Virus record (IMG/VR): IMGVR_UViG_3300021255_002694
Length of the DNA stretch: 64,000 nucleotides
Reading direction: 5' to 3' (one strand)
Source of the DNA: a virus
Taxonomy: Duplodnaviria > Caudoviricetes
Part shown: piece by piece, positions 38,062-48,046 of the stretch
How positions within the stretch are numbered: position 1 is the stretch's first letter
How the letters are laid out: each line of letters starts with the position of its first letter
The notes under the pieces: generated by a model
What the model was told of the DNA's origin: nothing
The model's input: only the letters and a program-made list of their open reading frames with translations
Database searches by the model: none
Translations under genes and position numbers: made by a program

Positions 38062-38501
38062 ATATTGATGATATTAAATATATTATCATTAGCAATAAAA
38101 TTATGGAGTATGCGGAGTTTTATAGAGAAGTGGCACAGATCAAAGAAGATATTGATTTTTTCGACATGTATATTCGTCGCAACAAGAGATGCGGTCGCCC
38201 ATTTACAATTCTTCCGTGCAGCGCATCCGATAGAGCATTTATCGACATTTATAATGCACTTGGATTTTATTCTAAAAACATTGAAGATGTCTACGCTATC
38301 TACGTTCTAATGAAAGCAATTATTGAAGATATCTATGATCAGACAATGAAATTTAATTCTGGTAAGATTAGAGAATTTGCAGAATATATTGAATCAGACT
38401 TTAATCTGAACATTAGAGATTATGTGACATGTTTTATCGGATGTAGTCAAGGATGCTCTGTAACGCTAAATGATCTTTGTGATATTCTAAATGCAGAATA
38501 A
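38058..38501 (+). CDS. hypothetical protein
   Basis: ATGA overlap. Confidence 0.7.
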   Translation: MNIDDIKYIIISNKIMEYAEFYREVAQIKEDIDFFDMYIRRNKRCGRPFTILPCSASDRAFIDIYNALGFYSKNIEDVYAIYVLMKAIIEDIYDQTMKFNSGKIREFAEYIESDFNLNIRDYVTCFIGCSQGCSVTLNDLCDILNAE

Positions 38502-38509
38502 ATAACTAA

Positions 38510-38548
38510 ATAGATCAGCACTTGAAACAAATCGTGCTGATCTATTTT
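38510..38548 (+). terminator. intrinsic terminator
   Basis: ATAGATCAGCAC/GTGCTGATCTAT plus T-run. Confidence 0.7.
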
Positions 38549-38587
38549 GTGCAATATGACAAAATAACAGTAATTTCATAAAAACAC

Positions 38588-38626
38588 TTGACACGCAAAG
38601 TTATTTGTGATATACTATATTTACAA
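38588..38626 (+). promoter_or_regulatory. sigmaA-type early promoter
   Basis: TTGACA-N17-TATACTATATTTACAA. Confidence 0.85.
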
Positions 38627-38657
38627 GATAGCCAAATGCTTGAAAGGAGAATATACT

Positions 38658-38957
38658 ATGTTGTCAATTACATTCTATGATTCAGAATCAGTAAAGAAGA
38701 AGTTTCCTGACTATGATGCTGATTGCATCGTAGAAGTGTCTGGAAATTCAAAAGAAGCAGATAGTCTTATTGACAGTCTGTCTGAATCTTTCAGTAACTT
38801 CTGGGGAACAGGTAGCAAGAGTAAAACAACATACAGAATCATGGTTAAGGATTTCAGTCATTTCCTTGATTTTGTGATTGAGGTAAATGACTATATGAAT
38901 AAAGCCAAAGGTATTCAGACGATTGAATTTTATACAGGTAGTTTAGATGAAAATTAA
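38658..38957 (+). CDS. hypothetical protein
   Basis: AAGGAG SD. Confidence 0.7.
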   Translation: MLSITFYDSESVKKKFPDYDADCIVEVSGNSKEADSLIDSLSESFSNFWGTGSKSKTTYRIMVKDFSHFLDFVIEVNDYMNKAKGIQTIEFYTGSLDEN

Positions 38958-38971
38958 AGGAGCGAACAAAA

Positions 38972-39544
38972 ATGAATAAAATTTTCAATATTATGGCTGG
39001 AACTGGTGACTACAAACACGTTATGTTTTCAACAACAGATTGGTTAAAAGCATCAAATTTTGTAGTTTCATTTAATATGCAATTCGATGTAAATGATCCG
39101 GATACATATGATGAATACCATGCATATATTGAGGAAATTGATAACTTTGTACCTGAATATGATTTTTGTAAGTATGCACATGGAAATGCAACTGTGTATA
39201 CTGTAAAAGTATATGATGGTGGAGTCATTAAACCAGCAGAAATTTATGGAAGCCCACTATATGATTACATTGATCTCTATAAAACAAAAGAATTTGGTAT
39301 GGATGTTGAGAAACTTCAACATTTACTTGATCACGAATACTGCATTGATTTCAACAATGTTTTCAGATGTGATGCAATCGTAAAGATTCTTATTGTTGAT
39401 GCAGATACTCAGCAATCTTTTGACATTACACGTAACAGCGATATCAGTGGTCATATGCTGAATCATCTTGTTAAGAGAGCATCGACTATCTACAGGAGAG
39501 AGAAGCAATACGCAGAATCTATGAATGAAACAGAATCAGAGTAA
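38972..39544 (+). CDS. hypothetical protein
   Basis: AAGGAG SD. Confidence 0.75.
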   Translation: MNKIFNIMAGTGDYKHVMFSTTDWLKASNFVVSFNMQFDVNDPDTYDEYHAYIEEIDNFVPEYDFCKYAHGNATVYTVKVYDGGVIKPAEIYGSPLYDYIDLYKTKEFGMDVEKLQHLLDHEYCIDFNNVFRCDAIVKILIVDADTQQSFDITRNSDISGHMLNHLVKRASTIYRREKQYAESMNETESE

Positions 39545-39555
39545 AGAGGTAGTTT

Positions 39556-40464
39556 ATGAGAGAAGTAATCGGAAGTTATAAAAACGGAAATTATACTGTT
39601 GTTATTCTGAGTGATGGTACACTGATCAGAGCATGTAAAGATGATGTCATGATTCCTGAATTTCCAGATTCTATGGACATTAAGATAACGAACAAGTGTT
39701 CTGGCGGATGTATGTATTGCCATGAGAATTCAAGCCCTGATGGTCTACATGGAAAGATTCTGAATGTTCCGTTTTTGAATAGTCTGCATCCATATACACA
39801 GCTTGCAGTCGGTGGTGGAAATGTTCTTGAACATCCTGATTTTCTTCCGTTCCTTATTTGGTGCAAAGAGAAAAAGCTGATTCCAAGTATTACACTTAAT
39901 CAAAAGCATTTCATGGATAATCTGCAACTTATTAAGAATTTGGCAGATAAGAAACTTATTTACGGTATTGGTGTTTCTCTGATTTATCCGACTGATGAAC
40001 TTATTAACGCTGTCAGAGAGTTTCCTAATGCTGTTATTCATGTAATTGCCGGAATTGTAAGTAAGACAGAACTTGAAAGAATTTCTGATAGAGGATTGAA
40101 AGTTCTCGTTCTTGGATATAAGCAGTTTAGGCGTGGCGATGAATTTTATAGGAGTTCTCCGGAAACACAGAGAAGAATTGATAGCAATATCAACTGGCTA
40201 AAAGACAATCTAAGTGAAATCGCTCCGCATTTTGATAAGATCAGTTTTGATAATCTTGCAATTAAGCAGCTTAATGTAAGATCACTGATGGATGATGATG
40301 CATGGGAAAGATTTTACATGGGCGATGATGGTCAATTTACCATGTACATTGATACTGTAAACGAAGAATTTGCAGTAAGTTCAACAACTAAAAAGAGATT
40401 TAAGTACACGGACGATATGTCTATTGAAGATATTTTTAAGATCGTTAGGGGTGAAATTGCATGA
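39556..40464 (+). CDS. radical SAM enzyme
   Basis: CSGGCMYC (CX3CX2C), GGG motif; no Cys-rich SPASM tail. Confidence 0.9.
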   Translation: MREVIGSYKNGNYTVVILSDGTLIRACKDDVMIPEFPDSMDIKITNKCSGGCMYCHENSSPDGLHGKILNVPFLNSLHPYTQLAVGGGNVLEHPDFLPFLIWCKEKKLIPSITLNQKHFMDNLQLIKNLADKKLIYGIGVSLIYPTDELINAVREFPNAVIHVIAGIVSKTELERISDRGLKVLVLGYKQFRRGDEFYRSSPETQRRIDSNINWLKDNLSEIAPHFDKISFDNLAIKQLNVRSLMDDDAWERFYMGDDGQFTMYIDTVNEEFAVSSTTKKRFKYTDDMSIEDIFKIVRGEIA

Positions 40465-41165
40465 AATTTGATGAACATAAACTGTACATAATTGAAAGAA
40501 AAAATGTACTTGAAACAGACCTTGATCTTGATATTACAAGAGACATGAATTACAATAGACATTGGAGAAACGAAGCTAAGTTAGAAGATTATGTTGACGG
40601 GTATGCTTATATAAATCCGGAAGGGTATTTTCCTGAAACAGTTGATCGTAATGAAAACAATATCACAATACTCAAATATTCGTATGAAAAACTTGCATAT
40701 ATCGCTTTCTGCCTTGCGTGTGGAAAAGCTGTAGATGAGGATATTGATAACTCATTAGCTGATTTTGTTTCGGGTATTAAAGAGTATGTTCCAGATTTCA
40801 TGGGATTTAGATTTCCACTTATCACAAAAATTAGAGTTGGAAAAACACGCGAATGGGAAGAAATTGAATATGATGAAGATTCAGTAAAGTATTACGATGT
40901 TGGGGACTATTTTGAGTGGCAGATTACAAATGAGCATGAGTTCAAAAAATACGGTCTTGATCTTGTAAAGATTGCACTTAGTAATAGATATATTCTCATT
41001 ATTGATGATATGGAAGATTCATACATTCAGAGAATGATTGAGGACGGAATTATCAATCTTGATCATAATAGAGTTCTTGTTCTTGATTCGTCAGACAAGA
41101 TGAAATCTGGTTTTATCGAAAAAGATGGAGTTGTAAATCTGTCAGAAAGTGAGGATGATGCATAA
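40461..41165 (+). CDS. hypothetical protein, degenerate relative of FETNSSS proteins
   Basis: RKNVLETD N-terminus, EKLAY and KEYVP.F..F.F shared with 41165/59341. Confidence 0.65.
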   Translation: MKFDEHKLYIIERKNVLETDLDLDITRDMNYNRHWRNEAKLEDYVDGYAYINPEGYFPETVDRNENNITILKYSYEKLAYIAFCLACGKAVDEDIDNSLADFVSGIKEYVPDFMGFRFPLITKIRVGKTREWEEIEYDEDSVKYYDVGDYFEWQITNEHEFKKYGLDLVKIALSNRYILIIDDMEDSYIQRMIEDGIINLDHNRVLVLDSSDKMKSGFIEKDGVVNLSESEDDA

Positions 41166-41665
41166 TGATTATTACAATCAGACCAGGAGTATTTGAAACA
41201 AACAGTTCATCTTCTCACTCTATCTGCATTAGAAATGATAAAAGTGATCTATGTGTAGATAGAGAGAATATTGTTGACAATATTCTTAATGGCAGAGGTG
41301 AGTGGAAGATTACAGGAATGTATTTCGGTAGAGCGCCTTTTAGATATCTTGCAAAATTCAGCGAAAAGGTGATCTATGCACTTGCAAATGGAATTAACTA
41401 TCACGATATTGAAGGTATTGTTAAAGAGTATGTTCCAGAATTTACCGAATTTAAGTTTGTTACTGAATCTGGCAGTGGTTATACAGATGATTATATTCTC
41501 AGTGGTTGGCTTGAACATCATTCTGTATCACTTAAAGATTTTTTAACAAAAGATTCATATTTTGTAATCTGTGATGGAGATGAATACTACATCTATGCGG
41601 ATATGATCAAGACTGGAATTATCTCTAAATGTGTTGACACACATGAAGTTGAAGTTTTAGATTGA
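41165..41665 (+). CDS. FETNSSS-motif protein
   Basis: IRPGVFETNSSSSHS. Confidence 0.75.
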   Translation: MIITIRPGVFETNSSSSHSICIRNDKSDLCVDRENIVDNILNGRGEWKITGMYFGRAPFRYLAKFSEKVIYALANGINYHDIEGIVKEYVPEFTEFKFVTESGSGYTDDYILSGWLEHHSVSLKDFLTKDSYFVICDGDEYYIYADMIKTGIISKCVDTHEVEVLD

Positions 41666-41679
41666 GGTATGATTATAAA

Positions 41680-43533
41680 ATGTCAAATACAAAAAGTATT
41701 ACTCTGTCTGACGAGCAACAGCGATTTATTGAATGCGCAAAGAAAGGTCAGAATATTAAAGTATCTGCATGTATTGGTTCTGGAAAGACAACCGCAATTC
41801 AAAAACTATGTGATGTTCTAAAAGGTAAGTCAATTCTTTATCTTACATACAATAAACTATTAAAGCTAGATGCTCAAAGTAAGATCAAGAATAAAGGCGT
41901 TGTGGTTCAAAATTATCACGGATTTGCATACAATGAATTGAAGTATAACGGAATTAGATGCCCGATACAACAACTAATTAAAGTGTACAATGAAGTAAAA
42001 CCGCCGATCTCTGAATATTTTGATGTTCTTATTCTTGATGAATACCAAGATATTGATAATGAAATTTCTAAGATGCTTACATATATTAAAGAAATTTTAC
42101 CAAATGTTCAGATCGTTGCTGTTGGAGACATGGAACAAAAAATCTATGATTATACTGATCTTGACGTTGTAAAATTCATGGATAAGTTTCTTGATAAGCA
42201 TAATGAAATGACTTTTTCAAGATGTTTCAGACTATCTAAAGACTATGCTTGTAAACTAGGTAACGCTTGGAACAAACCTATTATAGGTGTAAACAATAAC
42301 TGCTCTATCGAAAAAATGACAAAACCGGAGATAATTGAATATCTGAAAACACTTGATCCTGGTGATGTTTTATGCCTAGGCGCAAGATATGGTGACATGG
42401 TTGATGTACTAAATAGACTTGAAACAGAGTGCAGAGAGAAATATAATAAGTTCACAACATATGCATCAATCTCTGATAGAGATAAAGGTAGAGTTGATCC
42501 TAGAGATGATGTTGCAATCTTCACAACATTTGATTCTTCCAAGGGGCTTGAAAGAAAAGTCTGTATTGTATTTGATTTTGATGATGCTTATTGGGAAACA
42601 CGTAAAAAGCAACCAAATGTAAAATATAATATCCTCAGAAATATCTTCTTAGTGGCAGCAAGCCGTGGAAAAGAAAAGATCATTTTCTGTACTGGTGGAA
42701 ATAAAGAGATGCTTGAATTTGACGCTATTTCAGAACCATTTGAAACGTCACAAGACTATTCAGCACATCCATTTGATATGTCAACAATGTTTGATTATAA
42801 ATACAAAGAAGATGTTGCACGAGCATATGAATGTTTAGATATTAAGCAGATTGAAACAAGTGATCACACAGAGATCAATATTCAATCAACTGATGGTTTG
42901 ATTGATATGAGTCCATGCATCGGCATTTTCACAGAGGCTTGTTTCTTTAAGAATTACGATATTGATAAACGCATTAGGTTTCAGTTAAGCTGCGATAATA
43001 AGATGTTTCGTCAAGAGGATATGAAAGAGTTGACATTTTCCGATCTCATTAGAAAGATTAGATACTCTGTATATCTTAATACAAAACAAAGAAGATATTT
43101 TACACAGAGTAGAAAATCATTCGTAACACCAGAAGATGAAGAAATTATTAAAAGCAGACTTTCTGAATTTTTGACTCCTGATTGCGATACACAAAAGCAT
43201 TGCTCGATTAAGTGTGAGTATCTTGATGCAAATAATCAGGAAAAAGTAATTGAACTTAAAGGTCTTACGGATGCGATCAAGGATGATATAATCTATGAGA
43301 TCAAATTCATTCACGATGTATCGTATGAAAACTTCCTACAGGTAGCATCGTATATGCTTGCACTTGATTATGAAGTCGGAAGAATTTGGAATATTAGAAC
43401 CAATGAAATGTTTGAGGTTCGCATTAAGGACAGAGATGAACTATTGAAGAATATTGTTCGTTGTGTTACAAAGGGAACAATTCAGGAATTTACATTGGTC
43501 AAGGAGGAAAACTGTAATGTGGAAGTATCCTAA
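41680..43533 (+). CDS. UvrD/SF1-like helicase fused to PD-(D/E)xK nuclease
   Basis: ACIGSGKTT, DEYQD, VGD..Q, SKGLE, AASRGK; C-terminal GLTD..YEIK..Q...Y. Confidence 0.85.
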   Translation: MSNTKSITLSDEQQRFIECAKKGQNIKVSACIGSGKTTAIQKLCDVLKGKSILYLTYNKLLKLDAQSKIKNKGVVVQNYHGFAYNELKYNGIRCPIQQLIKVYNEVKPPISEYFDVLILDEYQDIDNEISKMLTYIKEILPNVQIVAVGDMEQKIYDYTDLDVVKFMDKFLDKHNEMTFSRCFRLSKDYACKLGNAWNKPIIGVNNNCSIEKMTKPEIIEYLKTLDPGDVLCLGARYGDMVDVLNRLETECREKYNKFTTYASISDRDKGRVDPRDDVAIFTTFDSSKGLERKVCIVFDFDDAYWETRKKQPNVKYNILRNIFLVAASRGKEKIIFCTGGNKEMLEFDAISEPFETSQDYSAHPFDMSTMFDYKYKEDVARAYECLDIKQIETSDHTEINIQSTDGLIDMSPCIGIFTEACFFKNYDIDKRIRFQLSCDNKMFRQEDMKELTFSDLIRKIRYSVYLNTKQRRYFTQSRKSFVTPEDEEIIKSRLSEFLTPDCDTQKHCSIKCEYLDANNQEKVIELKGLTDAIKDDIIYEIKFIHDVSYENFLQVASYMLALDYEVGRIWNIRTNEMFEVRIKDRDELLKNIVRCVTKGTIQEFTLVKEENCNVEVS

Positions 43534-44128
43534 ATCGTATAAACATTTTATCAACTGGATGTACAAAAAAGTAACCAGACTTGAAAAGGAAGCACCTAAC
43601 AGATTTCGTATTCTAACAAGCAGAGATAAGAATGGAAATCTTGAATGTGTTATGTTTGCCGATCTTGATTGTAGTGGTGGCTCTTTCCATAAGGTAGTTA
43701 ATCAAAATCAACTTGTATACTATACATATAATCTTCCAATTAAATTTGATAGACAGCTATCAAAAGAACTATTTGAAAAAGAGTTTATTGCACTTGCATA
43801 TGCAGATCATATTGATGCATTTGTTCCAAACGGACGCGACGTTAAACTTTGTAGGTTGAAGCCTGATATCGTGTTCCATGATGTTACCGGAGACTACAAA
43901 CTTGTTGGTGTAAAGTCTGTAAAAATCGGAATCGGTAAAAGAACGTACTATGAACTTATTAAACTAGATGGCAATATACATATGCTTCTTTCAACTGAAA
44001 GTTTTTGCGACTGTACAGTAGATATTGTAGACTTCTATAATATCACAGAGAAGAAAGAAATTTGTCCAGAATACATTACATTTGAAACACGCGAAGAATT
44101 TACAGAATATTTTGATAAAATGAGGTGA
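43517..44128 (+). CDS. hypothetical protein
   Basis: AAGGAGG SD. Confidence 0.7.
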   Translation: MWKYPKSYKHFINWMYKKVTRLEKEAPNRFRILTSRDKNGNLECVMFADLDCSGGSFHKVVNQNQLVYYTYNLPIKFDRQLSKELFEKEFIALAYADHIDAFVPNGRDVKLCRLKPDIVFHDVTGDYKLVGVKSVKIGIGKRTYYELIKLDGNIHMLLSTESFCDCTVDIVDFYNITEKKEICPEYITFETREEFTEYFDKMR

Positions 44129-44325
44129 TCATTATGAGAGAAAACACATGTGTCTGCTGTGGCAGAGAGATTCCAGAGGGATTACAGGTTTGTAAATTTT
44201 GCGAAACAAATGCATCAAAAACTACCGAAGTAAAAGATCATACAAAACTGCTCCGAGCAGTTAGACTTGTGCTTTGTCTCTCTGTAATCATCACAGCAGT
44301 ATTTGTAGTAATTTTTAATAAGTAA
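44125..44325 (+). CDS. small Zn-ribbon membrane protein
   Basis: CVCCG..IPEG..VC..C plus TM. Confidence 0.7.
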   Translation: MIIMRENTCVCCGREIPEGLQVCKFCETNASKTTEVKDHTKLLRAVRLVLCLSVIITAVFVVIFNK

Positions 44326-44329
44326 GCAC

Positions 44330-44370
44330 ATACCGCACAATCATTTTTATGTGTTTGTGCGGTATTTTTT
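44330..44370 (+). terminator. intrinsic terminator
   Basis: ATACCGCACAA/TTGTGCGGTAT plus T-run. Confidence 0.7.
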
Positions 44371-44382
44371 CTAAAAATACTA

Positions 44383-44420
44383 TTGACAAATTCACATCTT
44401 TGTGGTATACTATATTTATA
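44383..44420 (+). promoter_or_regulatory. sigmaA-type early promoter
   Basis: TTGACA-N17-TATACTATATTT. Confidence 0.85.
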
Positions 44421-44433
44421 AGGGGTGATTAGC

Positions 44434-44751
44434 ATGAAAACACTAGAAGATTTCCTGAAAGAACTTGATCGTGGTGAATATGCAGATCATATAAAGAGAA
44501 ATGTGACTATTATTATCAAACAGCTAAACAGCACAACACAGTTTCCCGTGTTCGGATCGGTTAATCAAGATATCACAAATTTCATATCATCTGGAAGTTT
44601 TGATTCCATTAGGAAATCAGAACGAGTTAGTCAATACTGTGAATATCCTGTTATCATGATTGATAACTATATGAATAACCTATTTATCTACATTGACGGA
44701 ACAACGCTGTATCCGGAAGAACCAAAATTTTATTGGGAGAAGGAGAATTAA
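44434..44751 (+). CDS. hypothetical protein
   Basis: GGGGTG SD. Confidence 0.7.
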   Translation: MKTLEDFLKELDRGEYADHIKRNVTIIIKQLNSTTQFPVFGSVNQDITNFISSGSFDSIRKSERVSQYCEYPVIMIDNYMNNLFIYIDGTTLYPEEPKFYWEKEN

Positions 44752-44752
44752 A

Positions 44753-45031
44753 ATGTCTAAATCTATTTCTGTTAGTAATTTTCTTTTCGGTGTTAAAAAC
44801 AAGGATATTGAAATTGATAATTTTAACATGGAAAATATCATTGTTTATAAATATATTGCAAGCACAAAAAGCAAGGTTGAACTTGTGCGTGGTAACTTTG
44901 ACAAGGTTTATGATTTCCTAGATAGAGAATACTGGCTTGATAACGATATAAAAGAATTAACAGTAAGTAAAGGTAAACCAACAGAAATTGAAATTGATTA
45001 TAAATGTGACTGTCTACTTTTTCGAGTGTAA
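44753..45031 (+). CDS. hypothetical protein, paralog of 47696
   Basis: V.GNFD.VY.F...E..L shared. Confidence 0.7.
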   Translation: MSKSISVSNFLFGVKNKDIEIDNFNMENIIVYKYIASTKSKVELVRGNFDKVYDFLDREYWLDNDIKELTVSKGKPTEIEIDYKCDCLLFRV

Positions 45032-45058
45032 TTGATTTCAGAAAGGAGAGTCATTCAG

Positions 45059-45343
45059 ATGGCTGACTTCGGATACTGGCTTGCTAGAAGAATCGAAGAG
45101 CAAGGTAAACTAAACAAACTTATGGAAAAAGAAGAGTTTTTAAACTCCGCTTTAAGAATTTTGAATGGTTTGCACCTAGGCATTGATGAGGGGGCTAATC
45201 CATATCACTTTGATATTGATGATGTAGAATATACAGAAAAGTATGTAAAGAATATGTTAAGTGATATTGAAAAAGATATGAAAGACGCTGAATATAATAT
45301 TTCTATCTGCAATAGAGCAATGGACGGTGAGATTTCTAAGTGA
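45059..45343 (+). CDS. hypothetical protein
   Basis: AAGGAG SD. Confidence 0.7.
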   Translation: MADFGYWLARRIEEQGKLNKLMEKEEFLNSALRILNGLHLGIDEGANPYHFDIDDVEYTEKYVKNMLSDIEKDMKDAEYNISICNRAMDGEISK

Positions 45344-45897
45344 AGATCGGAATAGATATTGATAATACTGTGGTAAATACCGCTGAAACGATAATAGATT
45401 ATATAAATGAGAGACTTCCAGTCAATCTTTGTATTGATGATATAAAGCAGTATTATATTGAATATGCGTTGCCAGAGCAGTTCAGATGGATTGTTGAAGC
45501 TGCATTTAGAGATAGCTTAATGTGGAAGAGAGTAAAACTTATTGACGGCGTTTATGATGCACTAAAGGAAATGTATCTTGCCGGACATGATATATACTTT
45601 GTAACAAGTTCTTCACCAGAAAACTTTAAGAAGAAAGTCGGTAATCTTGAAAGAGTATTTGACTTTATTCCAAAGCATTATGTTTGGTCACACTCAATAA
45701 ATATTCAAGAGAAGCAGATGCTAAAATTGGATGTTTTGATTGATGATTTCATGGATAATTTAACCGGAGATCGTGAATACATTAGCGTATGTATTGAATA
45801 TCCGTGGAATCATATAGTAGATGATGAAAATTTTTACAGAACCAAATGGTGTAATGTGTGTCGATTGATTGATTTAATTGATAAATCTAAGAAGTGA
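45340..45897 (+). CDS. 5'(3')-deoxyribonucleotidase, HAD superfamily
   Basis: IGIDIDNT, FVTS, K, LIDD, PWN. Confidence 0.85.
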   Translation: MKIGIDIDNTVVNTAETIIDYINERLPVNLCIDDIKQYYIEYALPEQFRWIVEAAFRDSLMWKRVKLIDGVYDALKEMYLAGHDIYFVTSSSPENFKKKVGNLERVFDFIPKHYVWSHSINIQEKQMLKLDVLIDDFMDNLTGDREYISVCIEYPWNHIVDDENFYRTKWCNVCRLIDLIDKSKK

Positions 45898-45907
45898 GGA
45901 TCACAAG

Positions 45908-46534
45908 ATGATTGATTATTACGAAAAATATAGAGAAGTTGCAAATGAGAAATTTAAGAATCATGTTGCAACTATTGTAGAAGATACAGATTCTATTATT
46001 TCTATTGATTTTAGAAATAAGAGTGGAAGTTCATCTTATTATGTCAATTATATCATTGATAAGCGCTATGGCACACTTATCATTAGTGGTGATCTTGGTT
46101 ACTGTATTGCAGAGTGGTCACATCAAAATGATGCATCATCAATTAAAAATCTAATTAAAGATGATCCTGAATACTTCATTAGCAAGTTTAAGACTTCTAC
46201 AGATAAAACATACTATGATGAGGATAAACTATATTCAGATATAATGGAACTTGTTTCTGAGGATCAGTTAGAAGATGCACGTTCAATGTGGGATTCTGAG
46301 TGGCATCGAAACAGTGATGATAAAACTTATACATTTGAGGATGATCTAAAATATTCTATCCATTGGAGTATATTTCATAGTGAGGATAGGATTTCAGAAG
46401 AATTACAGACTTTTGTTTTAGAGCTTCTTGACATTGATTTGTATGAGATGTCACATATCGGTGAAGCGATTGCACCTAGAGTGTACTTGTGGATTTTTGG
46501 ATATTTGATGGCTTGTGAGCAGTTAGGATTGTGA
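45908..46534 (+). CDS. hypothetical phage protein
   Basis: GTLIISGDLG...YF.SK pattern. Confidence 0.75.
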   Translation: MIDYYEKYREVANEKFKNHVATIVEDTDSIISIDFRNKSGSSSYYVNYIIDKRYGTLIISGDLGYCIAEWSHQNDASSIKNLIKDDPEYFISKFKTSTDKTYYDEDKLYSDIMELVSEDQLEDARSMWDSEWHRNSDDKTYTFEDDLKYSIHWSIFHSEDRISEELQTFVLELLDIDLYEMSHIGEAIAPRVYLWIFGYLMACEQLGL

Positions 46535-46538
46535 TAGT

Positions 46539-46763
46539 ATGCTAGCATCTGATATAGTGTTTGTAATGGCTCTGATCATATCATTGATCAGTGCGTTCAT
46601 CTTGATAATTCTTCCAATAGTATGTCTTATATATTGTCTAGGATTCTTTGAGACAAGTAGAAAAGATTTTACGAGAAGAACAGTTATACCTATTCTTTTA
46701 TATATTTTTGTATTTGGATCATCTTCCGGAATACTTTGGTTATTCTATTTTATGCTGAAATAA
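46539..46763 (+). CDS. small membrane protein
   Basis: Two TM segments. Confidence 0.65.
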   Translation: MLASDIVFVMALIISLISAFILIILPIVCLIYCLGFFETSRKDFTRRTVIPILLYIFVFGSSSGILWLFYFMLK

Positions 46764-46775
46764 GGAGGTGTTTGT

Positions 46776-47096
46776 ATGCACATTGATTTTGTAGGTGATC
46801 TTGACCTATCTGACTTCCCAACTGCCGAAGAAGCACGGAACTTATATGAAACCAATTTCCGTCAAGCGTATACAGCAGAGGCAAGTTCAATATTTAACTA
46901 TATCGGAGAAGAGATTATTAAGTATGCTCGGCTTGCTAAAAATGAGTTTTACATATCTCTTTTTGAGGATAGTTACGAATATGTTAAATTGGATGAAGAT
47001 TTCATTGCTGATCTGAAATCTGTTTTGAATACAAACAAATTCACTTTTGGCATTGAAAAACTTGAAAACGAAATTATTTTGAAAATTACTCTATAA
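46776..47096 (+). CDS. hypothetical protein
   Basis: AAGGAGG SD. Confidence 0.75.
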   Translation: MHIDFVGDLDLSDFPTAEEARNLYETNFRQAYTAEASSIFNYIGEEIIKYARLAKNEFYISLFEDSYEYVKLDEDFIADLKSVLNTNKFTFGIEKLENEIILKITL

Positions 47097-47111
47097 ATTT
47101 CAAAAAACCAC

Positions 47112-47150
47112 TTGACAAATGTTTTGAAATGTGGTATACTATATTTACAG
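47112..47150 (+). promoter_or_regulatory. sigmaA-type early promoter
   Basis: TTGACA-N17-TATACTATATTT. Confidence 0.85.
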
Positions 47151-47201
47151 ATAAGATTTGTATGTGAAAAGACAATACTGACACTATGAGGGAGAAATAC
47201 T

Positions 47202-47456
47202 ATGAGTCTTGAAAAGATGGTATTTGAATCAAACCCTGTTAGACGGGGGAAGAAGCTGTATGCTATTGTTGACTGCGATTGTTGCGGTCAAAAATACTAT
47301 ATGAGGTCAAAAGACTGTGATTTTGTTGGATGCTCTAATGCATCAAGAGTCTTTTATGCAAATGTTCGGTGCTACAACTGTGGATTTAATGTTACAGGAT
47401 GTCATCTTGTAGAAGAAGATCAGCTTGAATTTCCGGAGGAAGCTGAAAATGAATAA
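47202..47456 (+). CDS. small Zn-ribbon protein
   Basis: CDCCG...CYNCG. Confidence 0.7.
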   Translation: MSLEKMVFESNPVRRGKKLYAIVDCDCCGQKYYMRSKDCDFVGCSNASRVFYANVRCYNCGFNVTGCHLVEEDQLEFPEEAENE

Positions 47457-47709
47457 TTTTGAATATATTGTAATTTCTGATACGAACAGAGTCATTGCGC
47501 ACTTTGCAGAACTTGAAGATGCTGTTCTTTTTGTTCAGGCTTCATTTGAAAAATTTTACGCAGAACCGGATGTACTGTATTCCATTAAGCGTGTAACCGT
47601 TAGTGATAAGACTTCTGTCATCAATGTTCATGATCATATCGAACAGGAGCAGATTGATGAAATGGTCGATCATTTAAGACCAGGGGTTTATGGATATGAC
47701 TGTAAATGA
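47449..47709 (+). CDS. hypothetical protein
   Basis: GGAGG SD. Confidence 0.7.
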   Translation: MNNFEYIVISDTNRVIAHFAELEDAVLFVQASFEKFYAEPDVLYSIKRVTVSDKTSVINVHDHIEQEQIDEMVDHLRPGVYGYDCK

Positions 47710-47998
47710 TCTGCTTTGTGGCATAGAAGAAAAATATACAAATTTCAAAGAATATAACTTTGAAATTTACACAATGAATGATCCAGATGCACTATTGCCT
47801 GTGTATCTGTTTGATAGTGACAATCTGAAACCAGTTGTATCTGGGAATTTCGATGATGTTTACCAGTTCATCTATCAAGAAGAATATCTGAGTTATAATG
47901 CTGTTTTTGTACGAAAGCATGACAATATTATTAAAGTATTTATCACATATAGACATTATGACAGAGATGTAATGCTGTGCGAGAAACTAGAGTTTTAA
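47696..47998 (+). CDS. hypothetical protein, paralog of 44753
   Basis: Shared GNFD.VY.F motif. Confidence 0.7.
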   Translation: MTVNDLLCGIEEKYTNFKEYNFEIYTMNDPDALLPVYLFDSDNLKPVVSGNFDDVYQFIYQEEYLSYNAVFVRKHDNIIKVFITYRHYDRDVMLCEKLEF

Positions 47999-48046
47999 GA
48001 TAACTTCATGGCTGTTTGTTGAGTAACTTATATGTAGGTGGTTAAT

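Noticed and set aside
39556-40464. Radical SAM gene as the NrdG activase
   Set aside because: It is 34 kb from nrdD, longer than typical NrdG, lacks NrdG-like context around the Cys motif, and is coupled to FETNSSS genes.
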